64,000 bases of DNA from Deltaproteobacteria bacterium (GTDB lineage Bacteria; Myxococcota_A; Polyangia; JAAYKL01). This document shows positions 1-9,211 of the stretch, in pieces; position 1 is the first letter of the stretch; the number at the start of each line of letters is the position of its first letter. Position numbers and translations under genes: made by a program. The notes under the pieces were generated by a model. It saw nothing but the letters and a program-made list of their open reading frames with translations. It made no database searches and was not told the origin of the DNA. The stretch covers positions 8,755-72,754 of the forward strand of contig JAKQNG010000204.1 in the NCBI GenBank assembly GCA_029565915.1. Direction: 5' to 3'.

Positions 1-1
1 G

Positions 2-3000
2 CGGGACGGCAACCGGATCTACGCGGCCATCCTGGGCAGCGCCATCAACGAGGACGGGCGCACGGATGGCATCGCCCAGCCCGACAAGGACGCCCAGGTG
101 GCGGTGATGCGGGCGGCGTATGCGGACGCGGGGATCGATCCCTCCATCGTGGGACTGGTCGAGGCCCACGGGACAGGCACGGCGGCGGGGGATCCGGTTG
201 AGTGCAGCAGCATCGGACAGGTCATCGGCGCGGGGCGCACGGATCGGTGCCTCATCGGCTCGGTGAAGAGCAACATCGGCCACACGGAGCTGGCCAGCGG
301 CAGCGCGGGTCTCATCAAGCTGGCCCTCTCGCTCTTTCACGGGCAGGCCCCGCCGGTGGTCCACTTCCGCACGCCCAATCCGAAAATCGATTTCGACGGA
401 TGGCGACTGCAGGTGCCCGTGCGCGTGACGCCGGTTCCTGCAAGGGAAGGCATCCGTTACGGCGCCGTGAATTCCTTCGGCTTCGGTGGCGCCAATGCCC
501 ACCTGGTGCTGCGCTCCGTGCCGCCGGCAGAGACCCGGACCACCGGAGAAGGCCCTCTCTGTGCGCCCCTGTTCATTTCCGCGCGCTCCGAAAAATCCCT
601 GCGCCGCCTGGCGGGTGCCTACGCGGATCTTCTCGAAAAGGGCATCGACGGGCGGGAGCTGGCGCAGCAGGTCATCCGTCATCGATCCCGCCTCGAAGAC
701 GGACTCGCCCTGACGGACCCCCGGCATGCGGATGCGGCGGCCCGCCTGCGGAACTTTGCCAGGGGCAGGGACAGCGAGGGTGTCATCCCGGGTCGCCGGC
801 AGTTGCCGGAAAAGGGACAGACGGCGTTCGTGTTTTCCGGCCAGGGTCCCCAGTGGTGGGGCATGGGGCGGGAGCTGTTTTCCGCCGGGGGCGTCTACCG
901 GGATACAGTAGAAGAAGTGAGTGACCTGCTGAAACAAATCGGCTGGCTGAAAGAAGAAGGCAGCGATCTGGTCGCCGAGCTGCACAGGGACGAGGCATCG
1001 TCGCGGATGAACGAGACCGCCGTGGTCCAGCCGGCCCTGTTTGCCCTCCAGCTGGGGCTGGCGCGGCTCTGGATGTCCCACGGCGTCATGCCCGACATGG
1101 TGGTGGGCCACTCCATCGGCGAAGTGGCGGCGGCCTGTGTGAGCGGCGCCCTGACGGTTGCCGAGGCGGTGAAGGTGGTGTACTGGCGCAGCCGTTGTCA
1201 GTCCCGAGCAGCGGGGCGCGGCCGGATGCTGGCCGTGGGGCTTTCCGCGGAAGACGCCAGTGGCGCGATTGGGACCTTCGGCGGAAAAATTGACGTGGCG
1301 GCAATCAACGGGCCGGCCATGGTCACCCTGGCGGGCGACGCCGATGCCCTGGCCCTGCTGGCCCGCGGCCTGGAGGAGCGGGGCGTGTTCGTGCGCTTCC
1401 TGGTGGTGGACGTGCCGTTCCACAGCCACCTCCTCGACGATGTGGCCCGGGCCTTCTGCGAGGAGGTGCCCGCCATTGTGTCGTCGCCACCCCGCATCCC
1501 GCTCTATTCCACGGTGACCGGCCTTCCCGTGGAGGGCGCGGTCCTCGACAATGACTACTGGGCCGCCAACATCCGACAGCCGGTGCAGTTCTACCCCACT
1601 GTCCAGCGGATGGCCCGGGACGGCGCCGCCGCCTTCATCGAGATGAGCCCCCACCCGATTCTCGCCAACGGCCTGACCGCGGCCCTGTCCGCAGCGGGCA
1701 CAAAGGGCATCGTGATTTCCTCCCTGCGGCGGAAGGAACCGGATATTCCCACCTTTTCCGGAAACTTCTGCGCCCTGTGGCTGGCGGGCGGCGGCATCGA
1801 TCGAACGGTGTTCGGCCCCGGCGGTGCCCACCTGCGCGAACCCCTTCCCGCCTACCCGTTTGCGGAGGAGCGCTTCTGGCTCGAATCACCGGAGGCCCGC
1901 GCGGACCGCATCGGCACGAGAGTCCACGCCCACCTCGCCTCCTGCACCTCTGCCGCGGACGACGGGAACGATCAAATCTGGCAGGTGGAGCTGGACGCCC
2001 GCTGCGCCCCGTACATCCGGGATCACCGGGTGCAGGGCCCTCTGGTGTTTCCCGGGGCGGGACACGTGGATCTGGCCCTTGCCGCGGGCATGGCGTCCTT
2101 CGGTGACCGCTTGTGCTTTCTCGAAGACATCGAGTTCATCCGTCCCCTGTTCGTCCGGGAAGACGGAGAACCCGACGCCGTGCAGCTCCACGTGGTGGGC
2201 GACGAGGGAGACTACACCATCGCGGGGCGGACGGCGGAAAGGGACACGCCCTGGACCATTTTTTCGAAAGGCCGCATGAACTGCCTCGGCGAGGCATTCT
2301 GCACCGAACCCGTGTCCCTGAAGATGCTGAAGGCCCGCATTGTCCACCCGGTGGCCCTTCCGCCCCTGTTTGACGTGCTTGATCGGGGCGGACTGGTACT
2401 GGGCGACACGTTCCGGGGCATCCGCGCCCTGTGGCGGGGCGAAGGGGAATCCCTGGCGCGCATCGAGGCCCATCCGTCCATTGTGCACTCCCTGGCCCGT
2501 CACTGCATCCATCCGGCCCTCCTCGACGCCGGCTTCCAGTCCGCCTTCGGCATCCTCGCGCAGGAGGAGCGCATGGGCGTGTACATCCCGCGCCGCATCG
2601 GACGGGTGCGCTTTGCCGGCCCGCCCGCAGGAACGGTGCTGTACGCATGGGCCCGGGCGGCTGGCACGGACCGGGAACACCTGCGCGTGGATATCCGCAT
2701 CTTCAACGAGGACGGCAGCGACGTGTTGCAGGTGGAAGGGTTCGAAGGACAATACCTGAAGGGCTCGCGGGGCGAAGTGGACGCGGTCGACAGCCTGTTC
2801 TACCGCTATGAGCTCCGCCCCTGTGCGCGGCGCGACGAGCTGGTCACCCACCGGTTGGGCGCTGCCCTCGCACCTCCGGTTCCGGTGGACGAGGCCGTGC
2901 GCCGGACAATGGACCGCCACCGCGCCGATCCCCTGTCTGCCCGATTCTTCGACGCCCTCTCGCCGGCCATGGACGAACTGGCGATGGGTGTCATCCTCGA

Positions 3001-6000
3001 CGCCCTCCGATCACTGGATTCGACGTTGGCCGACGGTGCCTTCATCGACGGGTCCCGGCTGCTCGATCGGCTGGGCGTCGCGGAGCGGCACGAACGGCTC
3101 CTCCACGCCATGTTCGATCACCTCGTTGGCGCGGGCCTGGCCCGCCGGGAGTCCGCCGGGTGGCGCATGTCGGAATGGCCGAAAAAGGATGTCCGTCTGG
3201 TGGTGGCCAGGGCACAAACCGATCTGGCGCCTTTTGCCCGCGAAATTGAATTCTTCGCCCGGACCGGCGCCGAACTCGCCGCCGTGCTGCGGGGAGAAAC
3301 GGATCCGGGGGACGTGCTCTTTGCGGGAAACCGGTTTGACGAACTGGCCGACTACTACGCCAACTCCTTCACCACCGTCCGCATCAACCAGATGGCCGCT
3401 GACGCCTTCTGCGCGCTCCTTTCCACGGTTCCCGCCGGTCGTCCCCTGCGGGTGCTGGAGCTGGGCGCGGGCACCGGCGGCCTGACCCGGCACCTCCTGC
3501 CCCTGGTGGAAGAGCGGAACGGCACGTACCTGTTCACGGACCTGTCGCCCCTGTTCCTCGCCCGGGCGAGGGAAACCTTCAAGTACAACCCGGCAATGGA
3601 GTTCGCGGTGCTGGACATCGAAACGGATCCCGCTGCCCAGGGACAGATCCCTCACAGCTGGGACATCGTCGTCGCCTCGAACGTCCTTCACGCCACGGAG
3701 GACCTGCGCCGCACGCTGGCAAACTGTCGCTCCCTCCTGTGCGACAATGGCGTACTGTGCCTCGTCGAAGTGACAAGGGCGCCTCGATATCTCGATCTCA
3801 GCTTCGGCATGACCGAAGGCTGGTGGCGTTTCCGGGACGATGTGCGGACCGATCGCTGCACCCTGTCGGCGGAGGCCTGGCGCAGCGTGCTCGCGGAGTC
3901 CGGCTTTCCGGACGTGGCCGATTTCAGCGACGGCGAAGGACCGGATGCGGTGGCCCAGACACTGTTCGTTGCCCGGGCGCGAAGTGCTGCACAGGGAGAG
4001 CGGTTGGATCCGCGCCGTCCGAACGGCATCTGGCTGATCCTCGGCGACAATCGGGGCGTGTCCGCGGCGGTATCGGCCCTCCTCCGGGAGCGGGGCGATC
4101 GATGCATCCGCCTCACCTGCGCATCGAAAACGGCACCGACCGGTGTAGATCGCTTCGATTTCGATCCCGCCTGTCCGGACGCCCTCATCGACCATCTGCG
4201 GACCTTCGACGGACCTCTGCTGGGGGCACTGCACACCGCTTCGCTCGACCTGCCGCCCATCGAGGACAGCGACCCGACGGCGCTGCTGCGTGCGCAGGGA
4301 GACGGCGCCTGGTCGGCCATCGGCCTCGGCCGGGTGCTGTCCGCCGTGGGCAACGAGTCGTTTCTGTGGCTGGTCACCGCCGGTGTGCACGGCCCGACGC
4401 CGGCCCTGTCCCGGTCGCCCATGTGGGGTCTGGGTCGGGTGATGATGAACGAGCTCACCGGTGTGGCCGTGCGGCTGCTGGACGTGGACGGCGCCCTGCG
4501 GGTGGAGGACTGCGCGCGGATCGTGCAGGAGATGTGTGCGCCCTGTGCGGCGCCTTTCGAAGAAGAAATTGTTCTGCGGGACACGGGCCGCTTCGCAAAC
4601 GTCCTGGTGCGGGATCACCGGCCAAGGCGGATCGCCCGGGCCGTGCGGACGATTCCCTCCTGCGGGGCGACGGTGTCCCTGCGCCGGTCGTCCTCCTTTG
4701 TGCTGGACGATTGCATTTTCGTACCGTCGGACACGGCGATCTGCAGTGACGACGACGTAGCCATCGACGTGCATGTCGCGGGACTCAATTTCCGGGATGT
4801 GATGGTGGCCGGCGGAACCCTGCCGCGGGAAGCGGTGGAGGGCGGGCTTTTCGGCGATGCCCTCGGACTGGAGTGCGCGGGCATCGTGACGCAATGCGGC
4901 AGGCATGTCTCCCATGTGCGGGTGGGGGATGCGGTCATGGCCCTCGCCCGGGGGACCCTGTCGGGGCGCGTGGTCGCCCGGGGCGTTCTCACCCGGAAAA
5001 TTCCTTCGGGAATGGGGATGGCAGACGCCGCCGCCCTGCCTATGGCCCTGCTCACCGCCTGGTATTCGCTGGTGACCCTGGGCCGCCTGGAAGCGGGAGA
5101 GAGGGTGCTCATCCACGGGGCCGCCGGCGGGGTGGGCCTCGTGGCCGTTCAGCTGGCACAGGCCATGGGCGCTGAGGTATTCGCCACGGCGTCCAGGCCC
5201 AAGCACGACCTGCTGCGGGAACTGGGCGTCCGCTACGTGTTTGATTCCCGATCCGCCGCCTGGGCGGACGGGGTGGACGCCGCCGCGGAAGGGCGAGGGG
5301 TCAACGTGGTGCTGAACTCTCTCTCCGGCGTCCAGCTCACGCGGGGGCTGCGCCTGCTGGCGCCCATGGGTCGCTTCATCGAAATCGGCAAGGTGGACCT
5401 GTACGCAAACCGGCGCCTGGCCATGGGACTGTTGAAGGACAACGGCGCCTGGTTCAGTGTGGATATTGATCGGTTGCTGGTGCAGGCCCCGCAGAAGATG
5501 GCTGCCGCGTTCGATGAGGCCCTGCATTTCTTTGCGGTGCGCCGGTGGCCCGCACTGTCCGTGTCCGTGCATCCCTTGTCCGGGGCCGCTGATGCACTGG
5601 CCCTCATGGCAAAGGGCAACCATCGCGGTAAAATCGCGCTGGCCGCTGCGGATGTGCCGGTACACCCGGCCGAACACCTGACCGTGGCCAGGGACGGGGT
5701 ATTTCTCATCGCCGGGGGAACCCGGGGCTTCGGCCTTGCCGTGGGGACGTTTCTCGCGGACCGCGGTGCCCGGCACCTCGCCCTGCTGTCCCGGGGTGGC
5801 CTGCGAGGGGAAGAGGAAACCCGCGCGGTGGCCGCGCTGCGCCACCGGGGTGTGAATGTGGAAATTTTTGCGACAGACGTGACCGATCGCCTTGCTGTGG
5901 AGCGGGTGATTGCCGCCATTCATCGGGAGGAGCGTCCTCTGCGCGGCGTGTTCCAGTCCACGCTCGTGCTGGACGACGCCATGCTCGACCGGATGACCCG

Positions 6001-7549
6001 CCCCCAGCTGGACGGGCCCATGGCCCCCAAAGTGGCGGGCACCTGGAACCTGCACCTCGCCACGATCGGCATCCCCCTCGACTGGTTCGTCTCGTTTTCG
6101 TCCATCTCGTCCATTTATGGATTTCCCGGACAGGCGAACTATGCGGCAGCCAACCGGTTCCTGGACGATTTTGCCCTGTACCGTCGCTCCCTGGGGCTCC
6201 CCGGCACCACCATCAACTGGGGGGCACTGCAGGGCGCCGGATTCGTGGAACGCTCGGCCGCGGTGCGCAGTTTCCTCTCCAACAACGGCTGGGAAACGCT
6301 GACGCTGGAGGAGGCGCTGTCCGCCATGGAGCGCGTGCTGCTCGAAGGCCACCCGCAGATGGCCGTGTTCCGTGCGGACTGGTCCACCGTGGGACGCTCT
6401 TTCCCGGCCGGGTTGTCGTCCCTGCGGTTTGCCCATCTGCACGGCGCGGGTGCCGCCGAAAAGGACGACGGTGACCTGCGCGTGGCACTGACGGCGGCAG
6501 CTCCGGCGGCGCGGGCGATGCTGCTGCAGGGGTTCATTGCCGGGGCCACAGGGGCCATCATCGGTGCGGACGGCGCAAAGGTGGATCGACAGACGCCCCT
6601 CAACCGGCTGGGCCTCGATTCCCTGATGGCCAATCAGCTGCGCAGCGTACTGACCTCCCGCACGGGGGTCGAAATTTCTCTCATGCAGATCATGGCCGGG
6701 CCCACCATTGCGGATCTGGCCAACGAAATGGCATCCCGGTTCGAGAACACGGCGACGTCAGGCAGTGATCGTTCCGGTGGACAATGGGTGACGCGGGTCA
6801 CACCGGTTGCTTCACCGCAACTGCGGCTCTTCTGCCTGCCCTATCTGGGCGCCGGCGCCTCGATCTATTCGCGTTGGCAGGTGGGAGAAAACGTGGAGGT
6901 CTGTGCCATCGCCCTTCCCGGACGGGAAGAGCGCATCGGGGAGCCGCCTCTGACAGATGCCCATGAGTTGATCGAAACCATGGCCGGGGCTCTTCTGCCT
7001 CTGCTGGATGTGCCCTTTGCCATTTACGGCCACAGCTTCGGTGGAAACCTGGCCTTCAGCCTGGCGTCCTTCCTGCAGGAACGCCACGGAAAGGTACCCG
7101 ACCGCGTCTTCATCGGCGCCGCCGTGCCGCCGGGGATCGACAATCCCCTTGAAGAAGAGTTCCGCATTGCCGACAAGGATGAGGCCGCACGCCTCTCTGA
7201 CGACGCCCTGCGGGCGCTGCTCCAACGGCTCGGCGCACCGTCGGCGCTGATTCATGATGAAGCGGCGTTTTCCCGGATGGCACCGGCCCTGCGGGCGGAT
7301 CTGGCTATCGCCAAACAGCGTTTATTTCCGTCGGATCACCGTCTCCGCTGTCCCATCGTGGCCATTGCAGCCAGGGGTGACCACCTCTACAGCGAACAAC
7401 TTCTGCGTCACTGGCAACGGCATTCGGATGACTTTTCCCTGGAGGTTGTGAACGGCGGACACCTCTTCGTGCACGAAGACGAAGCAATGAAACACATACT
7501 GAAAATAATGTCACATCGATGGATCACACCGGCCCTGCGCTCGGCCTGA
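2..7549 (+). CDS. Type I polyketide synthase, 5'-truncated at the window edge. Domain order: KS (C-terminal part) - AT - DH - C-methyltransferase - ER - KR - ACP - thioesterase.
   Basis: The reading frame is open from nt 2 (RDGNRIYAAILGSAINEDGR... is a KS-like sequence). AT GHSIGE plus VPFHSH (malonyl-type). DH HxxxGxxxxP (HRVQGPLVFPGAGH). SAM motif LELGAGTGG. ER LIHGAAGGVGLVAVQLA. KR IAGGTRGFGLAVG. ACP LGLDSLMANQLRS. TE GHSFGG. Stop at 7547-7549. Confidence 0.9.
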   Translation, partial: RDGNRIYAAILGSAINEDGRTDGIAQPDKDAQVAVMRAAYADAGIDPSIVGLVEAHGTGTAAGDPVECSSIGQVIGAGRTDRCLIGSVKSNIGHTELASGSAGLIKLALSLFHGQAPPVVHFRTPNPKIDFDGWRLQVPVRVTPVPAREGIRYGAVNSFGFGGANAHLVLRSVPPAETRTTGEGPLCAPLFISARSEKSLRRLAGAYADLLEKGIDGRELAQQVIRHRSRLEDGLALTDPRHADAAARLRNFARGRDSEGVIPGRRQLPEKGQTAFVFSGQGPQWWGMGRELFSAGGVYRDTVEEVSDLLKQIGWLKEEGSDLVAELHRDEASSRMNETAVVQPALFALQLGLARLWMSHGVMPDMVVGHSIGEVAAACVSGALTVAEAVKVVYWRSRCQSRAAGRGRMLAVGLSAEDASGAIGTFGGKIDVAAINGPAMVTLAGDADALALLARGLEERGVFVRFLVVDVPFHSHLLDDVARAFCEEVPAIVSSPPRIPLYSTVTGLPVEGAVLDNDYWAANIRQPVQFYPTVQRMARDGAAAFIEMSPHPILANGLTAALSAAGTKGIVISSLRRKEPDIPTFSGNFCALWLAGGGIDRTVFGPGGAHLREPLPAYPFAEERFWLESPEARADRIGTRVHAHLASCTSAADDGNDQIWQVELDARCAPYIRDHRVQGPLVFPGAGHVDLALAAGMASFGDRLCFLEDIEFIRPLFVREDGEPDAVQLHVVGDEGDYTIAGRTAERDTPWTIFSKGRMNCLGEAFCTEPVSLKMLKARIVHPVALPPLFDVLDRGGLVLGDTFRGIRALWRGEGESLARIEAHPSIVHSLARHCIHPALLDAGFQSAFGILAQEERMGVYIPRRIGRVRFAGPPAGTVLYAWARAAGTDREHLRVDIRIFNEDGSDVLQVEGFEGQYLKGSRGEVDAVDSLFYRYELRPCARRDELVTHRLGAALAPPVPVDEAVRRTMDRHRADPLSARFFDALSPAMDELAMGVILDALRSLDSTLADGAFIDGSRLLDRLGVAERHERLLHAMFDHLVGAGLARRESAGWRMSEWPKKDVRLVVARAQTDLAPFAREIEFFARTGAELAAVLRGETDPGDVLFAGNRFDELADYYANSFTTVRINQMAADAFCALLSTVPAGRPLRVLELGAGTGGLTRHLLPLVEERNGTYLFTDLSPLFLARARETFKYNPAMEFAVLDIETDPAAQGQIPHSWDIVVASNVLHATEDLRRTLANCRSLLCDNGVLCLVEVTRAPRYLDLSFGMTEGWWRFRDDVRTDRCTLSAEAWRSVLAESGFPDVADFSDGEGPDAVAQTLFVARARSAAQGERLDPRRPNGIWLILGDNRGVSAAVSALLRERGDRCIRLTCASKTAPTGVDRFDFDPACPDALIDHLRTFDGPLLGALHTASLDLPPIEDSDPTALLRAQGDGAWSAIGLGRVLSAVGNESFLWLVTAGVHGPTPALSRSPMWGLGRVMMNELTGVAVRLLDVDGALRVEDCARIVQEMCAPCAAPFEEEIVLRDTGRFANVLVRDHRPRRIARAVRTIPSCGATVSLRRSSSFVLDDCIFVPSDTAICSDDDVAIDVHVAGLNFRDVMVAGGTLPREAVEGGLFGDALGLECAGIVTQCGRHVSHVRVGDAVMALARGTLSGRVVARGVLTRKIPSGMGMADAAALPMALLTAWYSLVTLGRLEAGERVLIHGAAGGVGLVAVQLAQAMGAEVFATASRPKHDLLRELGVRYVFDSRSAAWADGVDAAAEGRGVNVVLNSLSGVQLTRGLRLLAPMGRFIEIGKVDLYANRRLAMGLLKDNGAWFSVDIDRLLVQAPQKMAAAFDEALHFFAVRRWPALSVSVHPLSGAADALALMAKGNHRGKIALAAADVPVHPAEHLTVARDGVFLIAGGTRGFGLAVGTFLADRGARHLALLSRGGLRGEEETRAVAALRHRGVNVEIFATDVTDRLAVERVIAAIHREERPLRGVFQSTLVLDDAMLDRMTRPQLDGPMAPKVAGTWNLHLATIGIPLDWFVSFSSISSIYGFPGQANYAAANRFLDDFALYRRSLGLPGTTINWGALQGAGFVERSAAVRSFLSNNGWETLTLEEALSAMERVLLEGHPQMAVFRADWSTVGRSFPAGLSSLRFAHLHGAGAAEKDDGDLRVALTAAAPAARAMLLQGFIAGATGAIIGADGAKVDRQTPLNRLGLDSLMANQLRSVLTSRTGVEISLMQIMAGPTIADLANEMASRFENTATSGSDRSGGQWVTRVTPVASPQLRLFCLPYLGAGASIYSRWQVGENVEVCAIALPGREERIGEPPLTDAHELIETMAGALLPLLDVPFAIYGHSFGGNLAFSLASFLQERHGKVPDRVFIGAAVPPGIDNPLEEEFRIADKDEAARLSDDALRALLQRLGAPSALIHDEAAFSRMAPALRADLAIAKQRLFPSDHRLRCPIVAIAARGDHLYSEQLLRHWQRHSDDFSLEVVNGGHLFVHEDEAMKHILKIMSHRWITPALRSA

Positions 7550-7649
7550 ACTCTCGGAAGAATCGATGCGGTCAGAATCCCACGGGCACGAGATACCCGG
7601 GCGGATAACGTCGCAAAATTCTTTCCGTCAGTGAAAGAGGCGACCCGGA

Positions 7650-8786
7650 CTATTCCAGAATGATGAACGCGTCGCAGGGGCAGGAAACCGAAACGGCGAC
7701 ATTGCCGGTCTTGATGGATGCGCAGGCGTCTCCCACGAGCTCAATCTGGGACGGCGAGTTCATCTGCCATCCGTCCGGGTCCTCAAAGTCGAGGCGGGAC
7801 ACGTCGTCGCCGGCCGTGATGGAGACGTCACAGCTGCTCTGTTTGCCGTCCACCATTTCGCCCGTCAGATCGAGGACGCAGCTGCGCACGCCGTTGATAA
7901 TGGTGTCGAACGCCTCCACGAGTCCCTGTCCGTCCGTGGCTTCCCACCACTGCGCGTCCGTCATGGCACCCACGCCCGCATTGGCCAGATTCTGCATGTG
8001 CGACGCGGTGGTGTCTGCCCCGACGCTGATGATGTAGGTGGACACGCCGGCCGCAAAGGCCGCCGCCACCTGTTCTTCCGAATAGGCCCGGGCCTCCGCC
8101 GTCTGGGGGTCGGGAACCGCGCAGGTGTCCGGATCGCCGTCCGTGGCCAGCACGATGACCTTCGGACCGGGCTCGTCGATGGCCAGCAGCTCCGCGGCGA
8201 TGAGCTGGACCGACTCGGCGGTGGGGGTGTCCTCGCCCATGTCCGCCGGATCGAACAGATCATAAATGGCCGGGTAGTTGTCGAGGGCCGGCGCCACGGT
8301 GGTCAGCAGGGGGCATTCGTCGGGAACGGACCCGCCGTTGTAGCTGGTGTACAGGGCGATGCCGAAGCGCACCCGATCATCGAGCTGGAGAACGATGCCG
8401 TTTGTTTCGTCAATGAGCACCTCCTTCACCACCTCCCAGCGGGACGGGTCCCCGTGACCGGGAAACCCCGCGTCCATGCTGCTGGATTGATCGATGAGCA
8501 GGTACACCGTGGGAATCTGCGGGGTGAACGCCACATCCGCTTCGCCACAGACGGCCCCGGTGTCGGTATCGCTGTCCGTGTCGGTATCGCTGTCCGTGTC
8601 GGCATCACTGTCCCCGTCAGTGTCTCCGTCGGTGTCGGCATCACTGTCGCCGTCGGTGTCGCCGTCGGTGTCCGCATCGGTGTCCCCGTCGGACCCTCCC
8701 AGGTCGTCGCTGCAGGCGCCGGGCAGAAGCGCGATGCCAATCCACAGCGCCAGAAAGAAATAGAGAGCCTTTTGAGCGTTTTTCAT
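7650..8786 (-). CDS. Secreted vWA-domain lipoprotein with a (D-T/S-D-G/A)n acidic linker.
   Basis: Lipobox LLPGAC. Long DTDGDTDGDSDADTD repeat. MIDAS motif LLIDQSSSMD. RBS AAAGGAGA lies upstream of the ATG at 8786 (alternative ATG at 8804). Confidence 0.75.
   Translation of the reverse strand: MKNAQKALYFFLALWIGIALLPGACSDDLGGSDGDTDADTDGDTDGDSDADTDGDTDGDSDADTDSDTDTDSDTDTGAVCGEADVAFTPQIPTVYLLIDQSSSMDAGFPGHGDPSRWEVVKEVLIDETNGIVLQLDDRVRFGIALYTSYNGGSVPDECPLLTTVAPALDNYPAIYDLFDPADMGEDTPTAESVQLIAAELLAIDEPGPKVIVLATDGDPDTCAVPDPQTAEARAYSEEQVAAAFAAGVSTYIISVGADTTASHMQNLANAGVGAMTDAQWWEATDGQGLVEAFDTIINGVRSCVLDLTGEMVDGKQSSCDVSITAGDDVSRLDFEDPDGWQMNSPSQIELVGDACASIKTGNVAVSVSCPCDAFIILE
8561..8690. repeat. Tandem repeats (18-nt units, two copies exact) encoding the acidic linker of the vWA lipoprotein.
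   Basis: gtcggtatcgctgtccgt occurs twice exactly at 8562-8597, followed by degenerate copies (gtcggcatcactgtcc..., gtcggtgtcgccgtc...). Confidence 0.7.
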
Positions 8787-8963
8787 GAGATCTCCTTTAC
8801 CCATCGCCGGCGGGTTCCCCCGTCGCGGTCCTGATGATTAGTTGTTTCATCCAGCCGGGATTCCGCAATGCGGCTGTTGGATTCTACCGATTTTCACAGA
8901 ACGGTCGGAATGTTTTTAGTGAGGCAGGATGTTTGGACAAATACTGCAGAACGACCGTGTCTG

Positions 8964-9037
8964 TGGCGGGGGGGAGACTTGAACTCCCGACCTGTGGGTT
9001 ATGAATCCACCGCTCTAACCAGCTGAGCTACCCAGCC
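8964..9037 (-). tRNA. tRNA with CAT anticodon (elongator Met, initiator, or Ile-lysidine type).
   Basis: The reverse complement reads GGCTGGGTAGCTCAGCTGGTTAGAGCGGTGGATTCATAACCCACAGGTCGGGAGTTCAAGTCTCCC-CCCCGCC-A. It has canonical D-arm, T-arm and anticodon-loop signatures. There is one T:C mismatch in the acceptor stem. CCA is not encoded. Confidence 0.8.
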
Positions 9038-9211
9038 TCATGGCCGAACCGGGGCAGGCGCGGCGCGGCCTGTTGATTAGAGGAAAACCGCCGGGCGGTC
9101 AAGCCCCTGTGGGGTCCAGCGAGTCAAAAAGATTTAGGGAACAGGGTGTTTCGTGGTATGGCAGCGCCGTTAAATACAGGAACGCGGACGCGTTCCGTCA
9201 CGAGGTGCGGC

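Noticed and set aside
3011-6442. 1143-aa minus-strand ORF, plus many 60-340-aa ORFs on both strands inside the PKS gene.
   Set aside because: Arg/Ala/Gly/Pro-rich low-complexity translations, typical of antisense and out-of-frame reading of about 70% GC DNA. They fully overlap a gene with unambiguous domain motifs.
8494-8763. + strand ORF encoding (SVSL/SVSP)n, and 62535..62936 minus-strand ORF encoding (SESESL)n.
   Set aside because: These are antisense readings of the Asp-Ser/Thr repeat linkers. The sense strands carry lipoprotein signal peptides and downstream domains.
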